Source: an uncultured Eubacteriales bacterium
GTDB lineage: Bacteria; Bacillota; Clostridia; Oscillospirales; CAG-272
Length of the DNA: 64,000 nt
Direction of reading: 5' to 3'
NCBI GenBank assembly: GCA_949747515.1
Contig: CATKFO010000051.1
Location: 4,226-68,225, forward strand
Shown here: in pieces, positions 19,387 to 30,804 of the stretch
How positions within the stretch are numbered: position 1 is the stretch's first letter
Layout: the number at the start of each line of letters is the position of its first letter
The notes under the pieces: model-generated
The model's database searches: none
Told to the model about the DNA's origin: nothing
Seen by the model: only the letters and a program-made list of their open reading frames with translations
Position numbers and translations under genes: made by a program

Positions 19387-20322
19387 TCACTTAACAAAAT
19401 TCAGTATTTCTTCGACTGCGTCTTCAAAACAGGAGTCATTCAGTATTTCATGCCGGCCGCCCTCAAATAAGCGCATGCGCGCGTCGACTCCGGCTTCTAT
19501 AAGCCTATCGTACGCGCGAATAACCCCTCTGCCGTAGTCTCCAACGGGATCGTCGCTTCCCGAAAGTAGAAGCACGGGGATCTTTATGGAAGAAAACCAT
19601 TCTTTACGGTTGCATCTTCTCTGAAGCATCAAAAGATCGCTCATTGCGCTCGCCGTAAACTGAAACGTGCATAACGGATCCGAGGCGTAATCCTTTTTCA
19701 CCGACGCGTCGCGTGTCAGCCACTCGTATTTACTTCCGTCGCCGTCGGATTTGAAGCGTCTGTTATAATTCCCGAACGCCAATTCGTCCACGATTGGAGA
19801 GATATGCCTCTCTCCGTAAAATAATTTTACGAGTTTAATAAAGGCAAGTCCAGGACCCGACAATAAATTCGGGCCTCCGGTCCCCATGACTATCAGCTTT
19901 TCAGGAGACTCGTCCGTATTAGCCGTTTTTTCGGCCGAACAGCGGACGACAAAAGATCCCATGCTGTGACCAAGCAGATAATACGGCAAATCCTTACCGT
20001 ATTCGTTTCTCACAGAATCTGCAAACACGGTTACGTCCTCTACAAGACGCAGCCAACCGTTCTTATGAGCGAAAAATCCAAGCTCATTCTCATCGGCGGC
20101 GGTGTATCCGTGTCCGAGATGATCGTATCCGAAGCAAATAAATCCTTCTTCGGCTATACGACGCATAAAAGTATCGTACCGGCGTATGTGCTCCGTCATG
20201 CCGTGCACCGTTTGAAATATTCCCCTTATGGAAACGCTGGGATCGGGCGAATAAACTCTTCCGTGAAGAACGTGCGCGCCGTCGGAAGAAGGAACGAGCT
20301 TTTCCTTTACGGTTATGTTCAT
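19387..20322 (-). CDS. alpha/beta hydrolase (lysophospholipase-like)
   Basis: HGMTEH, DHLGHG, GHSMGS, GRHEILN. Confidence 0.9.
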   Translation of the reverse strand: MNITVKEKLVPSSDGAHVLHGRVYSPDPSVSIRGIFQTVHGMTEHIRRYDTFMRRIAEEGFICFGYDHLGHGYTAADENELGFFAHKNGWLRLVEDVTVFADSVRNEYGKDLPYYLLGHSMGSFVVRCSAEKTANTDESPEKLIVMGTGGPNLLSGPGLAFIKLVKLFYGERHISPIVDELAFGNYNRRFKSDGDGSKYEWLTRDASVKKDYASDPLCTFQFTASAMSDLLMLQRRCNRKEWFSSIKIPVLLLSGSDDPVGDYGRGVIRAYDRLIEAGVDARMRLFEGGRHEILNDSCFEDAVEEILNFVK

Positions 20323-20395
20323 CTGAAAAATTCCTTTCGTAGCCTCCGAATAGTCGTAATTGTTTTAATCTCAACTTCATCTCCTCGTCGGATAT

Positions 20396-22708
20396 TTAAG
20401 AGGAGCCTTTATTGTTGTACCGACGCAGCCTAAGCTCCGCTTCGTCCGTTCTTAGGCGGTCCTCGACATATGCGCGTCTCAGCAGGGCCGGCGGTATCAT
20501 TGGATCGTATTTATTAAAAGGAGGCGCCTCGTGCTCGCCTACTAATGAATCGGGATCGATACCGTTTTCCGCCGTCTCGGCCAGATATTTTAAAAGTTCG
20601 TCTCCGGAGCCGCGTTCGAGCCGGAATTTCATATAATAGCACCCTTCGAATTCCATACCGGATAGACCGAATTTCCCTCCGTTTTTTCCTATGAAGCGGC
20701 GCATGGTGCGGAACGAACGTGTCCCCAGCCACGGAAAGTATACCCAGGTCGAGCCGCCGATACATAAAATATCCCGTTCTGTCACGCCTGTGTTTCTCGC
20801 TACGGCGCGAGCCGCGCGAAGCCGTTTAAGCGCGCCTTCTTTGAGATATGGATATTCCGTCTCCTCGCATAGAACGCCTTTCATTCGTTCCAGTATTCGC
20901 GTGTGTACCTCGCCGAAATCCCCCGGCCACGCTATCTCCATTTTCCCCTTAACCGGACGGACGTATACGAGTTTTCTTGGAACGTCTACCTCTTCAACCT
21001 CCCATACTCGTCCAGCTAGCGCAAACCTGTCTCCCGCGGGAGGGGCGGAGGCGATGGTTCCTATCTCGTCGGAGCCTGAACGAACGGTAAAGTCTTCCGA
21101 ATCTTTAAAAACCGCAAAAAATTTAAATGAATTTATAAGACGCTCTCCGCGCAGACCGATCAGAAGCTCTCCTTCGTCCGTCATTTCTATATAATCCTGC
21201 TCAATCATAGATAGCAGCAAACTTTTGTACTCGTCCTTTTCTATATATCTGAAAGGATGCAAGGTTAAAGTCCTTTCAGCCAATCGGCGAGGCGTCATAG
21301 CTCCGGACGAAGCGAGGGCCGACAACGTTTGCTGAAACAGCAGACTGAACGGACGGGTTACTCTAAACGGAGGCTCTATAAATCTTTCTTCAACGTATAA
21401 TTGTATTATAGCTATCGCCCTCAGCAATTCCCACGGGATCAGCTCGGGGAGAGGCGCGTTAGGGAGCGGCTCCTCTTCCCGGAACACCATCATCATTTCA
21501 GGCAAGCCGCCTCGTCTGCCGGAACGCCCGAGTCTCTGTAAAAAAGACGATACAGAGTGCGGCGCTCCAACGTGAACCACGCGCTCCAGTTTTCCAATAT
21601 CCACGCCCAGTTCCAGAGTCACCGTAGCGCAGGTTACGACGCGTTCCTCGTCGTTTTTCATTTTAAGCTCCGCTTCTTCTCGCAGAGACGCGGAGAGATT
21701 TCCGTGATGGATAAGAAAAATATCGTCTTCACTCCGATATTCCGCGATCTGACGAAGCGTGGCGGTTACGTATTCCGTTTCTTCTCTTGAATTTGAGAAT
21801 ACCAACGCCTTTTTATCTTTTACGCAATCGTATACGTATTCATATCCGGGATCAAGAGAAAAGGCGGCCTCTCCGGGTTGGTTCTCGCCCTCGCCTCCCG
21901 CGCGCTCCGCGTTATATTGGGCGTTAGGTTCGCTCGTATCGGTAGTCAGATCTACAAATTTTCTCTCGTCGTCGCTTTCGCCATGACTGTGAATAAAAAA
22001 GTGCTCCATACCGAGTCTCGCGCGGAAAGGCTGTTTTTTCTCCGCCGCCTTTGGATTAGGAACGGAAACGTTCCTATCCCTACCGGAAGACAGCCATTCG
22101 GCCGCTGAGGAGACGTCTCCTATTGTGGCGGACAATCCGATCCTCCGCGGGTCTGTTCCGGCGGCGCGAGAAAGACGAGCGAGCTGGCATATAATTTGGT
22201 TTCCCCTATCCGTGCCCGTTAAAGTATGAATTTCATCTATTATCACGTATCGCAGATCGCAAAAAAACCTCGGGATGTCTCCAGGCCTGCGTATGAGCAT
22301 TGCCTCGAGAGATTCCGGAGTAATTTGAAGCAGGCCGGAAGGCTCTTTCAGCGCCTTCGATTTATGAGACGCCGCAACGTCTCCGTGCCAATGGTACACG
22401 GGGATACCGGCCGTATCGGTCAGCTCCGTTATTCTGCCGAACTGATCGTTTATAAGCGATTTAAGCGGGGCGACGTACAGGGCTCCGAATGAGACGGGCG
22501 GGTTAGAATAGAGATCGGAAAGAATCGGGAAAAGAGCCGCTTCGGTTTTTCCAGACGCGGTGGACGACGATATGAGAAGGTCGTCGTCCGTTTCAAATAT
22601 AATCCTCGCGGCTTCGAGCTGCGTTTCGTGCAGACGCTCCCACCCGCGCGAATATATAAACTCCCTTATAAAAGGCGAGTAAGCGTAAAAAATTTCTGAG
22701 TCCGTCAA
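20396..22708 (-). CDS. Lhr-like DEAD/DEAH box helicase
   Basis: TASGKTEAA, IDEIH, SAT, HHG, LELGVDIG, QRLGRSGRR. Confidence 0.9.
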   Translation of the reverse strand: MTDSEIFYAYSPFIREFIYSRGWERLHETQLEAARIIFETDDDLLISSSTASGKTEAALFPILSDLYSNPPVSFGALYVAPLKSLINDQFGRITELTDTAGIPVYHWHGDVAASHKSKALKEPSGLLQITPESLEAMLIRRPGDIPRFFCDLRYVIIDEIHTLTGTDRGNQIICQLARLSRAAGTDPRRIGLSATIGDVSSAAEWLSSGRDRNVSVPNPKAAEKKQPFRARLGMEHFFIHSHGESDDERKFVDLTTDTSEPNAQYNAERAGGEGENQPGEAAFSLDPGYEYVYDCVKDKKALVFSNSREETEYVTATLRQIAEYRSEDDIFLIHHGNLSASLREEAELKMKNDEERVVTCATVTLELGVDIGKLERVVHVGAPHSVSSFLQRLGRSGRRGGLPEMMMVFREEEPLPNAPLPELIPWELLRAIAIIQLYVEERFIEPPFRVTRPFSLLFQQTLSALASSGAMTPRRLAERTLTLHPFRYIEKDEYKSLLLSMIEQDYIEMTDEGELLIGLRGERLINSFKFFAVFKDSEDFTVRSGSDEIGTIASAPPAGDRFALAGRVWEVEEVDVPRKLVYVRPVKGKMEIAWPGDFGEVHTRILERMKGVLCEETEYPYLKEGALKRLRAARAVARNTGVTERDILCIGGSTWVYFPWLGTRSFRTMRRFIGKNGGKFGLSGMEFEGCYYMKFRLERGSGDELLKYLAETAENGIDPDSLVGEHEAPPFNKYDPMIPPALLRRAYVEDRLRTDEAELRLRRYNNKGSS

Positions 22709-22808
22709 GTTAACACCCCCGGCATTTTTCCTTAATACTATACTGGTTTCAAAGCTTTAGCGGCCCCGCGCCAATGTTTTCGCGCTTTTAAGGAGCTTTT
22801 ATTTTGAA

Positions 22809-23780
22809 TTACTGCATTTCTTTTTTCAGCGAACGGCTGAACAGCGAATTCAGCGCGTCTGCGGCGGGCATTCCTTCATAAAGAATTTTGTAAACCGCTT
22901 CGCAAATAGGCATGTCGACGTTCTTCTTTCCGCATATTCTGTGAACGGCGTCCGCGGTATAATATCCCTCCGCAAGAGCCGTGTATTCCTCCCCTCGAAT
23001 AAACGCCTCGCCAAACCTCCTGTTGTGGCTGTGTCGGGAAAATACCGTCGCTTCATAGTCTCCCAGATGGCAGAGTCCGTACGCGGAGTTTCCGGCGCCG
23101 CCCATCGCTTCTATCAGGCGCGAAACTTCTCTCGTACCGCGAGACATAAGCGGTCCTTTGAGAGTAGACATTCCGATTCCGTCAAGCATTCCGGCGGCGA
23201 TGCCGATCACGTTTTTGACGGCGGCCCCAAGCTCGTTTCCGATCAGATCTTCTCCATAATAAAATCTGATAAGATCGGAGGAAAAAAGATTCACCAGTTT
23301 TTCTTTCAGCTCCGCGTCTTTTGAATCGATCACCATGCAGCTCGGCGCGCCGGCGTAAAACTCCTGCACATGGCCGGGACCTATCCACACGGCTACTTTA
23401 TTTGACGGGTCGACGCATTCTTCAGTCACCTCGGACAAACGCATACCCGTGTCGATTTCAATTCCTTTCATACATAAAATGAAAGCTTTATTTTTTATTT
23501 CAAGAGGTTTAAGCTCTCCGAGAAGCGATCTGAGCCCCTGAGAATTTACCGATATGAGGACGGCGTCGCCGGCGTTTACGCATTGGATATCGGTAGAAAG
23601 AGAAACGGACTCGGGCAATGAAAGCAGATCGTTTTTCCTCTCTTTTATAAATCGAATCATCGACGGATCGTTCGCTCTTCCATATAACGTAACGTCATGA
23701 CCGATACGATCGAGATACCATGTGATCAAAGAGCCCCATCTTCCGCAGCCGATTACGGTTATTTTCATTCGTTTCTCCAT
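22809..23780 (-). CDS. gpsA: NAD(P)H-dependent glycerol-3-phosphate dehydrogenase
   Basis: GCGRWG Rossmann motif, KGIE, AVKNVIGIAAG, GLCHLGD, SHNRRFG, AEG; start may be 23780 or 23768. Confidence 0.9.
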   Translation of the reverse strand: MEKRMKITVIGCGRWGSLITWYLDRIGHDVTLYGRANDPSMIRFIKERKNDLLSLPESVSLSTDIQCVNAGDAVLISVNSQGLRSLLGELKPLEIKNKAFILCMKGIEIDTGMRLSEVTEECVDPSNKVAVWIGPGHVQEFYAGAPSCMVIDSKDAELKEKLVNLFSSDLIRFYYGEDLIGNELGAAVKNVIGIAAGMLDGIGMSTLKGPLMSRGTREVSRLIEAMGGAGNSAYGLCHLGDYEATVFSRHSHNRRFGEAFIRGEEYTALAEGYYTADAVHRICGKKNVDMPICEAVYKILYEGMPAADALNSLFSRSLKKEMQ

Positions 23781-24007
23781 TCCGCCGCGCATAGCGGCAC
23801 AAGCTGTATTTGATATTGAATTCGCGCCGGAACATCCGCGCTTTCAGGATTTGCGATTTCGCCGCGGTATACGCGGAAAACCCGCAAAAAACAATTGCTA
23901 CGCGAATGTTACGGCGATCGTACGTTTTTTATCTATATGATACACCATAGCGATAATTTTTTCAAGTGTTATCGGGCAATGCAGTATATAATATACAAAA
24001 TAAACAC

Positions 24008-24036
24008 TTGACAAGCGCGCGTAATGATAATATAAT
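24008..24036 (+). promoter_or_regulatory. consensus sigma-A promoter upstream of rny
   Basis: TTGACA-17bp-TATAAT. Confidence 0.8.
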
Positions 24037-24242
24037 TATACTGTATATTTTTGCGCGCCGTATGCGGAATGACGCGTTTATTATACATTGTTTCCCCAGG
24101 TCTTCTGCAAGGAGAACAATTTTACAATAAGTTACGCGCGTTAGCTCGTTCTCATGCGTACTCATGCATATGAAATCGGGCGGAAGCGCGTTGAACCGTA
24201 CTAAACGACGGACGAAAAAAACAAAAAGGGAGGCGCGGAATA

Positions 24243-25787
24243 ATGCTTTACGCTATAACGGCGATAATCGCTTTATTGGCCGGCGTTGTCGTCGGATCTA
24301 TACTCGGTTATTTTGAAAGAAAACGCCGGGCTGAAGCCGCAGTGGGATCTGCTGAGGCTCAGGCTATGAAGATTCTTGAAGACGCTATCAAATCCGCCGA
24401 AGCAAAGAAAAAGGAAGTTTTGCTCGAAGCGAAGGAAGAGATAATTAAATCCAAAAACGAGATAGATCGCGAGGTCAAGGAACGCAGGTCTGAACTTACC
24501 CGTCAAGAGCGCAGGATGGTTTCTAAAGAAGAAAGTCTCGACAGAAAATCCGAAGCGCTGGAAAAAAAGGACGAGCAGCTGACTCAAAAACTGAAGGACG
24601 CGGACAAGCTCAACGAGGACATCGCGGCCCTTAAACGAGAAGAAGAGGATACCCTTCAGAGAATATCCGGCATGACTATGGAGCAGGCTAAGAATCTGCT
24701 GCTTTCAACTCTTGAAGAAGAGCTTAGGCATGAAAAAGCAATGAAGATGGTCGAGATTGAGGAACAGTTCAAGCTCGACGTGGACGACAAGGCGAGAGAA
24801 ATGCTTTCCCTCGCAATTCAAAGATGCGCCGCCGATCACGTTTCGGAAATAACGGTGTCGACCGTTCAGCTTCCCGGAGAAGAAATGAAGGGACGCATCA
24901 TAGGTCGAGAAGGACGGAATATACGAGCTATCGAAACTCTTATCGGAGTAGATCTTATCATCGACGATACCCCGGAAGCGATTACAATCTCCTGCTTTGA
25001 TCCCGTGCGCCGCGAAGTCGCCCGCATAGCTCTTGAAAAGCTTATACAGGACGGTCGTATACATCCGGCGAGAATCGAGGAAATGGTGGAGAAAGCCCGC
25101 CGAGAGGTAGACGTAGCTATTAAACAGGCGGGCGAAAGAGCAACCTTCGAAACCGGCGTGCACGGTTTCTCTCCGGATATGATAAAGCTGCTTGGACGGC
25201 TTAAATATCGTACGAGCTACGGTCAGAACGTACTGAGACATTCGATCGAAGTTTCGCTTATTTCCGGAATGCTTGCGGACGAGCTTGGAGCGGACAGTAT
25301 GGTCGCAAAGCGCGCGGGACTCCTTCACGATATCGGCAAGGCTCTTACTCAGGAGGTTGAAGGTTCTCACGTTCAGCTTGGCGTAGACGTAGCGCGTAAG
25401 CACAAGGAATCCGCGGAGATTATACACGCTATCGAGGCTCATCACGGAGACGTGGAGGCGAAGACCGTTATCGCTATGATAGTTCAGGCCGCAGACGCAA
25501 TATCGGCCGCAAGACCGGGAGCGCGCCGCGAAAATCTTGAAAATTACATAAAGAGACTGACAAAGCTTGAAGAAATCGCTAACGATTTTGACTGCGTGGA
25601 AAATTCATACGCAATACAGGCGGGACGCGAGATTCGAATAATGGTAAAACCGGACGCGGTGGACGACGACAGTATGATTCTTGTAGCCCGCGATATTGTT
25701 AAACGTATCGAGAACGAACTTGAGTATCCCGGTCAGATCAAGGTTCACATAATACGTGAAAGCCGCGCTATAGATTATGCGAAATGA
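24243..25787 (+). CDS. rny: ribonuclease Y
   Basis: N-terminal TM, coiled coil, KH ([13 protein letters not shown]), HD (LLHDIGK), [12 protein letters not shown]. Confidence 0.98.
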   Translation: MLYAITAIIALLAGVVVGSILGYFERKRRAEAAVGSAEAQAMKILEDAIKSAEAKKKEVLLEAKEEIIKSKNEIDREVKERRSELTRQERRMVSKEESLDRKSEALEKKDEQLTQKLKDADKLNEDIAALKREEEDTLQRISGMTMEQAKNLLLSTLEEELRHEKAMKMVEIEEQFKLDVDDKAREMLSLAIQRCAADHVSEITVSTVQLPGEEMKGRIIGREGRNIRAIETLIGVDLIIDDTPEAITISCFDPVRREVARIALEKLIQDGRIHPARIEEMVEKARREVDVAIKQAGERATFETGVHGFSPDMIKLLGRLKYRTSYGQNVLRHSIEVSLISGMLADELGADSMVAKRAGLLHDIGKALTQEVEGSHVQLGVDVARKHKESAEIIHAIEAHHGDVEAKTVIAMIVQAADAISAARPGARRENLENYIKRLTKLEEIANDFDCVENSYAIQAGREIRIMVKPDAVDDDSMILVARDIVKRIENELEYPGQIKVHIIRESRAIDYAK

Positions 25788-25818
25788 AATAATTCCGTTT
25801 TCCGCAAACGGGATAAAC

Positions 25819-25850
25819 AGAGGAGGGGTGGAAACGCTCCTTCTTTTTTG
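25819..25850 (+). terminator. rny terminator
   Basis: AGAGGAGGGGT-ggaa-ACGCTCCTTCT plus T run. Confidence 0.7.
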
Positions 25851-26023
25851 CTTTTAATTATATAATAATCGCTTATATATTTTATTTAGAAGCAACCGTT
25901 TTTCCGTATATTTGAGGTGCGGAGCGCTGAACTTTTTTAAACGCACGGTTAAACGTGAGAGCTCCGATTTTTTATCAAAAGAAATAATATAACGCTTTAT
26001 TATAAAAAATACAAAAAAAGGTA

Positions 26024-26052
26024 TTGACAAATCCTCGTTGTTCTGATATAAT
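26024..26052 (+). promoter_or_regulatory. consensus sigma-A promoter of tRNA pair
   Basis: TTGACA-17bp-TATAAT. Confidence 0.8.
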
Positions 26053-26090
26053 AAATAAGCATTGAGGATTCCCAAAGCGGATCTGCGTAT

Positions 26091-26176
26091 GCCGGAATGG
26101 CGGAATTGGCAGACGCCCGGGACTTAAAATCCCGTGCAACGAGAGTTGCGTACCGGTTCAAGCCCGGTTTCCGGCA
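26091..26176 (+). tRNA. tRNA-Leu(TAA)
   Basis: GCCGGAATGGCGGAATTGGCAGACGC-CGGGA-CTTAAAA-TCCCG, long variable arm, GGTTCAAG. Confidence 0.95.
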
Positions 26177-26192
26177 CTTTTTAATTTTATAC

Positions 26193-26266
<74 letters not shown>

Positions 26267-26379
26267 TTAATAATAAACGGCAATTTTTGCAAAAAAGTTG
26301 TCGTTTTTATTTTTTAAGTTGTTGAATGATTCTGTTTTATGCGCTATGATTTAATCAAAAATACAGGTTAAGGTTAAAA

Positions 26380-26943
26380 ATGGATTTTTTAGAACTTGAA
26401 TCGAAACGATTATTATTTAGAAAATATCAAGTTAAGGATTTCCCTGTTTTTTACGATATGTTAAGTAGCATAGATAATATCAAATACCGTTCTTATGAGC
26501 CCAAAAGCGAAGATGAGGTTCGCGAATATATTAACTGGGGAATCAAGTGTGTCGAGCAAAGTCCATGCATTAATTATAGATATGCCGTCGTCTTAAAAGA
26601 AACGGGAGAAACGATCGGCTCTTGTGAATTAGCGTTTACAAATAAAGATCCGGCAGAATTAGCATGGGAACTGCATCGTAATTATTGGCGAAACGGATAT
26701 GGAACAGAAATAGGACAAACTCTTTTGGAGTTAGGTTTTAAAATATTGGGATTGAGAAGAATTGTTGCAGACTGCAATACATTAAATAAGGGCTCTTATG
26801 GGATAATGGAAAATATAGGTATGCGTCGTGAAGCGCACTACATCAAATATTGCCGCGGAAACAGCGTTCTAAATCATGAATGGCACGATAAATATTTATA
26901 TGCGATTTTACGTGAAGAATGGTTAGGCAAACATAATCGGTAA
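26380..26943 (+). CDS. GNAT family N-acetyltransferase (RimJ/RimL-like)
   Basis: LESKRLLFR, YWRNGYGTE, NKGSYGIMENIGMRRE, YAILREEW; AT-rich. Confidence 0.9.
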   Translation: MDFLELESKRLLFRKYQVKDFPVFYDMLSSIDNIKYRSYEPKSEDEVREYINWGIKCVEQSPCINYRYAVVLKETGETIGSCELAFTNKDPAELAWELHRNYWRNGYGTEIGQTLLELGFKILGLRRIVADCNTLNKGSYGIMENIGMRREAHYIKYCRGNSVLNHEWHDKYLYAILREEWLGKHNR

Positions 26944-27061
26944 TTAAAAAGTATATACGTAATCCAGCTTGTAGAGTAGAATATGATTGTCTGCAAATTG
27001 CGAGAATGGAAAAAGTACAAATTTCAAAATAAAAGAAATAGAATAGATACTTATATCAACT

Positions 27062-27093
27062 AAAACCTTGTAATTATTAGTTTACAAGGTTTT
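27062..27093. terminator. AT-rich inverted repeat / terminator
   Basis: AAAACCTTGTAA-N8-TTACAAGGTTTT. Confidence 0.55.
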
Positions 27094-27466
27094 TCATTTT
27101 CCTGATTTGCAGGAAAATTAGTCCCTTAACCTAGGCGCCTTTTAAAAATTTATATCTGAAATATATTGTCTTTGTAACGATATCTTTTTCAGACGACGCT
27201 TTGTCTATTTGCGACCCTATTTCTTTTAATCTTCGTTTCTGTAATTTATAATAATAAATCTTGATATTACCGATGTCCGCAAAACTTTTATGACATAGCT
27301 TTGAAGCGTCAAACCGAATTTTTTTCATTAGATAGCTGAGCTTCCATATATTCAAGTAAAAATCTTATTAAACCCGGATAAATTAAATTCACGCCGTATT
27401 GCTTTCCTCAAATAAGTATGTTAGAATATAAAAAATTTTACTCCCATTCAATTAAAAGGAGAACGT

Positions 27467-29668
27467 ATGAATATTGAAATGACAAAAAACGGTTGTGAAG
27501 TCTGCTTTAACGGATTGTTCAGCGGAAAATTTACGCCGTTTGCAGAGATAGACCGCAAAGGAAATATTATAATGTATGATTTATCGAACGCCGATTTATC
27601 AACGGTTTACCCTGCTCGTCCCGCCTCAACTTGGTATGGAGAAGGAGTTCTTCATACTCTGCGCGCGGATTACGGCGACATGGTAATTATTCTGAAGGTT
27701 ATTGAGTTCGCGTCAAATACCGCGCCGACGGGATTTATTTCCGACATCGAAATAATCAACGATTCGGAAGACGACGTTCATGCGCTGAAGCTTGGAATAG
27801 AATGCGAAAACGTGAAAACAGGCGAGGGTAAATTCTATACGTCTTCAATGTGCGGCGATTTTTATACGGCTTCGCTCGACGAAAAAATTCCAGAGGACAG
27901 AACCCGCGAATGCAAAGACTGGTTTACGCTGTACCGACGTGAAAAACGGGGTGAAGACGGCCTTACTTTTGCTCCGTGCGGCGCCCCGGAAGCGTATCTT
28001 CACTACCAACCTGAAATAACGGAACAAGGGAATCTTTCCTTGCGAATATATTCCGAAATGGACGGAGTTCTTGTCGCTTCTGGAAAAAGGAGAAGCTCTC
28101 AGTCTATGTTTTGCGCGCGCGGAGCCTTCCTGCCTCTTGCAAAACGCGTTCTCGGAGAGCTTGCCGAAACGCATGGCAGCAGAACTCGCTTTGAGCCTCA
28201 GTTTGGCTGGTGCAGCTGGTATGATAAAGCAAGCGATATTACGGAAAAGACGATTTCAGACACTCTGTCCGTTTTTGAAAATCATAGAAACGAGCTTAAG
28301 CTTGACTTCATACAAATCGACGACGGATATCAAATTTCTCTTGGGCGATGGGGAGCAAATGAAAAATTTCCAAACGGATTAAAGAGCCTTGCACGCCGAA
28401 TTTCCGCGCTTGGAGCAAGACCCGGCGTTTGGATGGCTCCGGTAATGGCGTCCGAATCTTCGACTATGTTCCGCGAGCATCCCGAAGCGTTCGCCCGACG
28501 TCCGGACGGATCTTTTATTAACTCCATGGATATAAGAGGAAACGGCGATATAGCGAGAGCTCTTGACGTAACTCACCCGCAGGCGAGAGAATTTCTTCGT
28601 AATATTCTGCTCGACAAACTCAGCGATGGTTTTACATATTTTAAAATAGACTTTAACATGATCGGCGTCGACGGAAGACGCGCGTATGACCCTACTAAGA
28701 CTTCTTTACAAGCATACCGAGATATTTACCGTTTTTACCGAGAAGTTTTGGGAGAGAATACTTACGTTGTAAGCTGCTCGGGATTTGAGAGAGCGACTTT
28801 CGGAGCCGCCGACGGCTCGAGAGTCGGCACCGATTCAAGCGCGTATTGGAGCGAAGACCTTTGCTCGATTCCCTCGTCAATATATCAAATTTGCAACAAA
28901 ACGGCCGCGAACCGACTTATCTATGCATGCGATCCCGACGTAACTTATCTTGCTCCGCGCAAGGAAATAGACGAAACCAAAAGAAAAATATGGCACAGTC
29001 TCGTAGGGCTTTACGGCGGAATCATACAAATTTCCGACCCGATGGAAAATAGGCTTGACAAATTCGACGAACTTCGCATTGCAGAACCGTCGAAAGCCCC
29101 GCATGGAGAGGCTCTTTTCCCTTGCACGGACAGAGAAAACCGCCGTTTTGGATTCGTCTCAAAAAATACCCCTGAAGCCTGCGGGGTATACGTGATATAC
29201 AATCGTTCCGACGAAGAAGAAACTCTTAATACTAATTTCTATCCCCTCGAAGAAATAGGAGACTTATTCCACGTATGGTCGTTCTGGGACGGAAAGTATC
29301 TCGGAGAGCGAACGTCCGATTTTGCTTTAACTATTGAACCCGCTTCATGCAAGCTTCTTCGGTTTACTCCGATAAGAGAAGATGAAAATCCCGTTCTCAT
29401 AGGTTCTACCTTTCACATATCGTGCGGAGTCGGCGAAATTGAATGGGAGGCGATAAGAAAAAACAGCCTTATTATAAAGCTTAACGAAGTAGGAGCAAAC
29501 GAGGGGAGCCTTTTTGTATACAGCAAGAAGAAAATAATCTCCGTTTTGACGGAAGGATGCTCGGCCGAATTAATATGCGACGGCGATATATACGAAATTA
29601 AGATTTCGAGAAAGGTTGTTTCCGATAGAAAAAACTCGGCTGAAATTATATCTTTATTTACAGAATAA
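27467..29668 (+). CDS. glycoside hydrolase family 36-like (alpha-galactosidase-like)
   Basis: GWCSW, IQIDDGYQ, KFPNGL, GVWMAP, LDVTHP, YFKIDF, RVGTD, DPD. Confidence 0.85.
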   Translation: MNIEMTKNGCEVCFNGLFSGKFTPFAEIDRKGNIIMYDLSNADLSTVYPARPASTWYGEGVLHTLRADYGDMVIILKVIEFASNTAPTGFISDIEIINDSEDDVHALKLGIECENVKTGEGKFYTSSMCGDFYTASLDEKIPEDRTRECKDWFTLYRREKRGEDGLTFAPCGAPEAYLHYQPEITEQGNLSLRIYSEMDGVLVASGKRRSSQSMFCARGAFLPLAKRVLGELAETHGSRTRFEPQFGWCSWYDKASDITEKTISDTLSVFENHRNELKLDFIQIDDGYQISLGRWGANEKFPNGLKSLARRISALGARPGVWMAPVMASESSTMFREHPEAFARRPDGSFINSMDIRGNGDIARALDVTHPQAREFLRNILLDKLSDGFTYFKIDFNMIGVDGRRAYDPTKTSLQAYRDIYRFYREVLGENTYVVSCSGFERATFGAADGSRVGTDSSAYWSEDLCSIPSSIYQICNKTAANRLIYACDPDVTYLAPRKEIDETKRKIWHSLVGLYGGIIQISDPMENRLDKFDELRIAEPSKAPHGEALFPCTDRENRRFGFVSKNTPEACGVYVIYNRSDEEETLNTNFYPLEEIGDLFHVWSFWDGKYLGERTSDFALTIEPASCKLLRFTPIREDENPVLIGSTFHISCGVGEIEWEAIRKNSLIIKLNEVGANEGSLFVYSKKKIISVLTEGCSAELICDGDIYEIKISRKVVSDRKNSAEIISLFTE

Positions 29669-29766
29669 AATAATATGTAAAGACAAACCGTATGCAATAA
29701 TTAAAACGCCCGATATGTAAGGGAAGGACAAAACCGCTTGTGACAGGAGAGGCCGGTTCCTACCCG

Positions 29767-29802
29767 AAAAACGACAGTTTTCTCTCGAAAATTGTCGTTT
29801 TT
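29767..29802. terminator. terminator hairpin
   Basis: AAAAACGACAGTTTTC-tctc-GAAAATTGTCGTTTTT. Confidence 0.65.
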
Positions 29803-29804
29803 GA

Positions 29805-30546
<742 letters not shown>

Positions 30547-30562
30547 TGCTTGACTCATTATT

Positions 30563-30591
30563 AATATAGCATAAGCAAACGTAAAAATCAA
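30563..30591 (-). promoter_or_regulatory. sigma-A promoter inside the putative invertible segment, facing away from the surface-protein genes
   Basis: Minus strand TTGATT (30591-30586), 17 bp, TATATT (30568-30563) with extended -10 TG; AT-rich region upstream. Confidence 0.65.
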
Positions 30592-30645
30592 GAGAAAATA
30601 AAATATTTTATAATTTTTTATTGAAAATCGTTGTGAAATCACCCG

Positions 30646-30671
30646 CTATCAAAAAGCGTACTTTTTGACAG
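30646..30671. repeat. hix-like recombination site, right (inverted relative to left)
   Basis: CTATCAAAAAGC-GT-ACTTTTTGACAG; core GT is the reverse complement of the left core AC. Confidence 0.75.
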
Positions 30672-30804
30672 TAACTATTTTTGGAAGTGATAAGGGGGGA
30701 GGGGCATGATAGCAAGACAGAGGGATCATCCGCATTGCCCGCAATATTAATACTTATGCTTCAAAAATAGCGCTTGCGCTGTAAATTTTTAGGAGGAAAA
30801 TACC

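Noticed and set aside
27131-27355. 74-aa AT-rich ORF
   Set aside because: No RBS or recognisable motif; at most a gene remnant
26275-29802. Similar hairpins at 26275-26308 and 29767-29802 as attL/attR
   Set aside because: Similarity is limited to terminator-like stems, and no tRNA 3' end is duplicated before the second one
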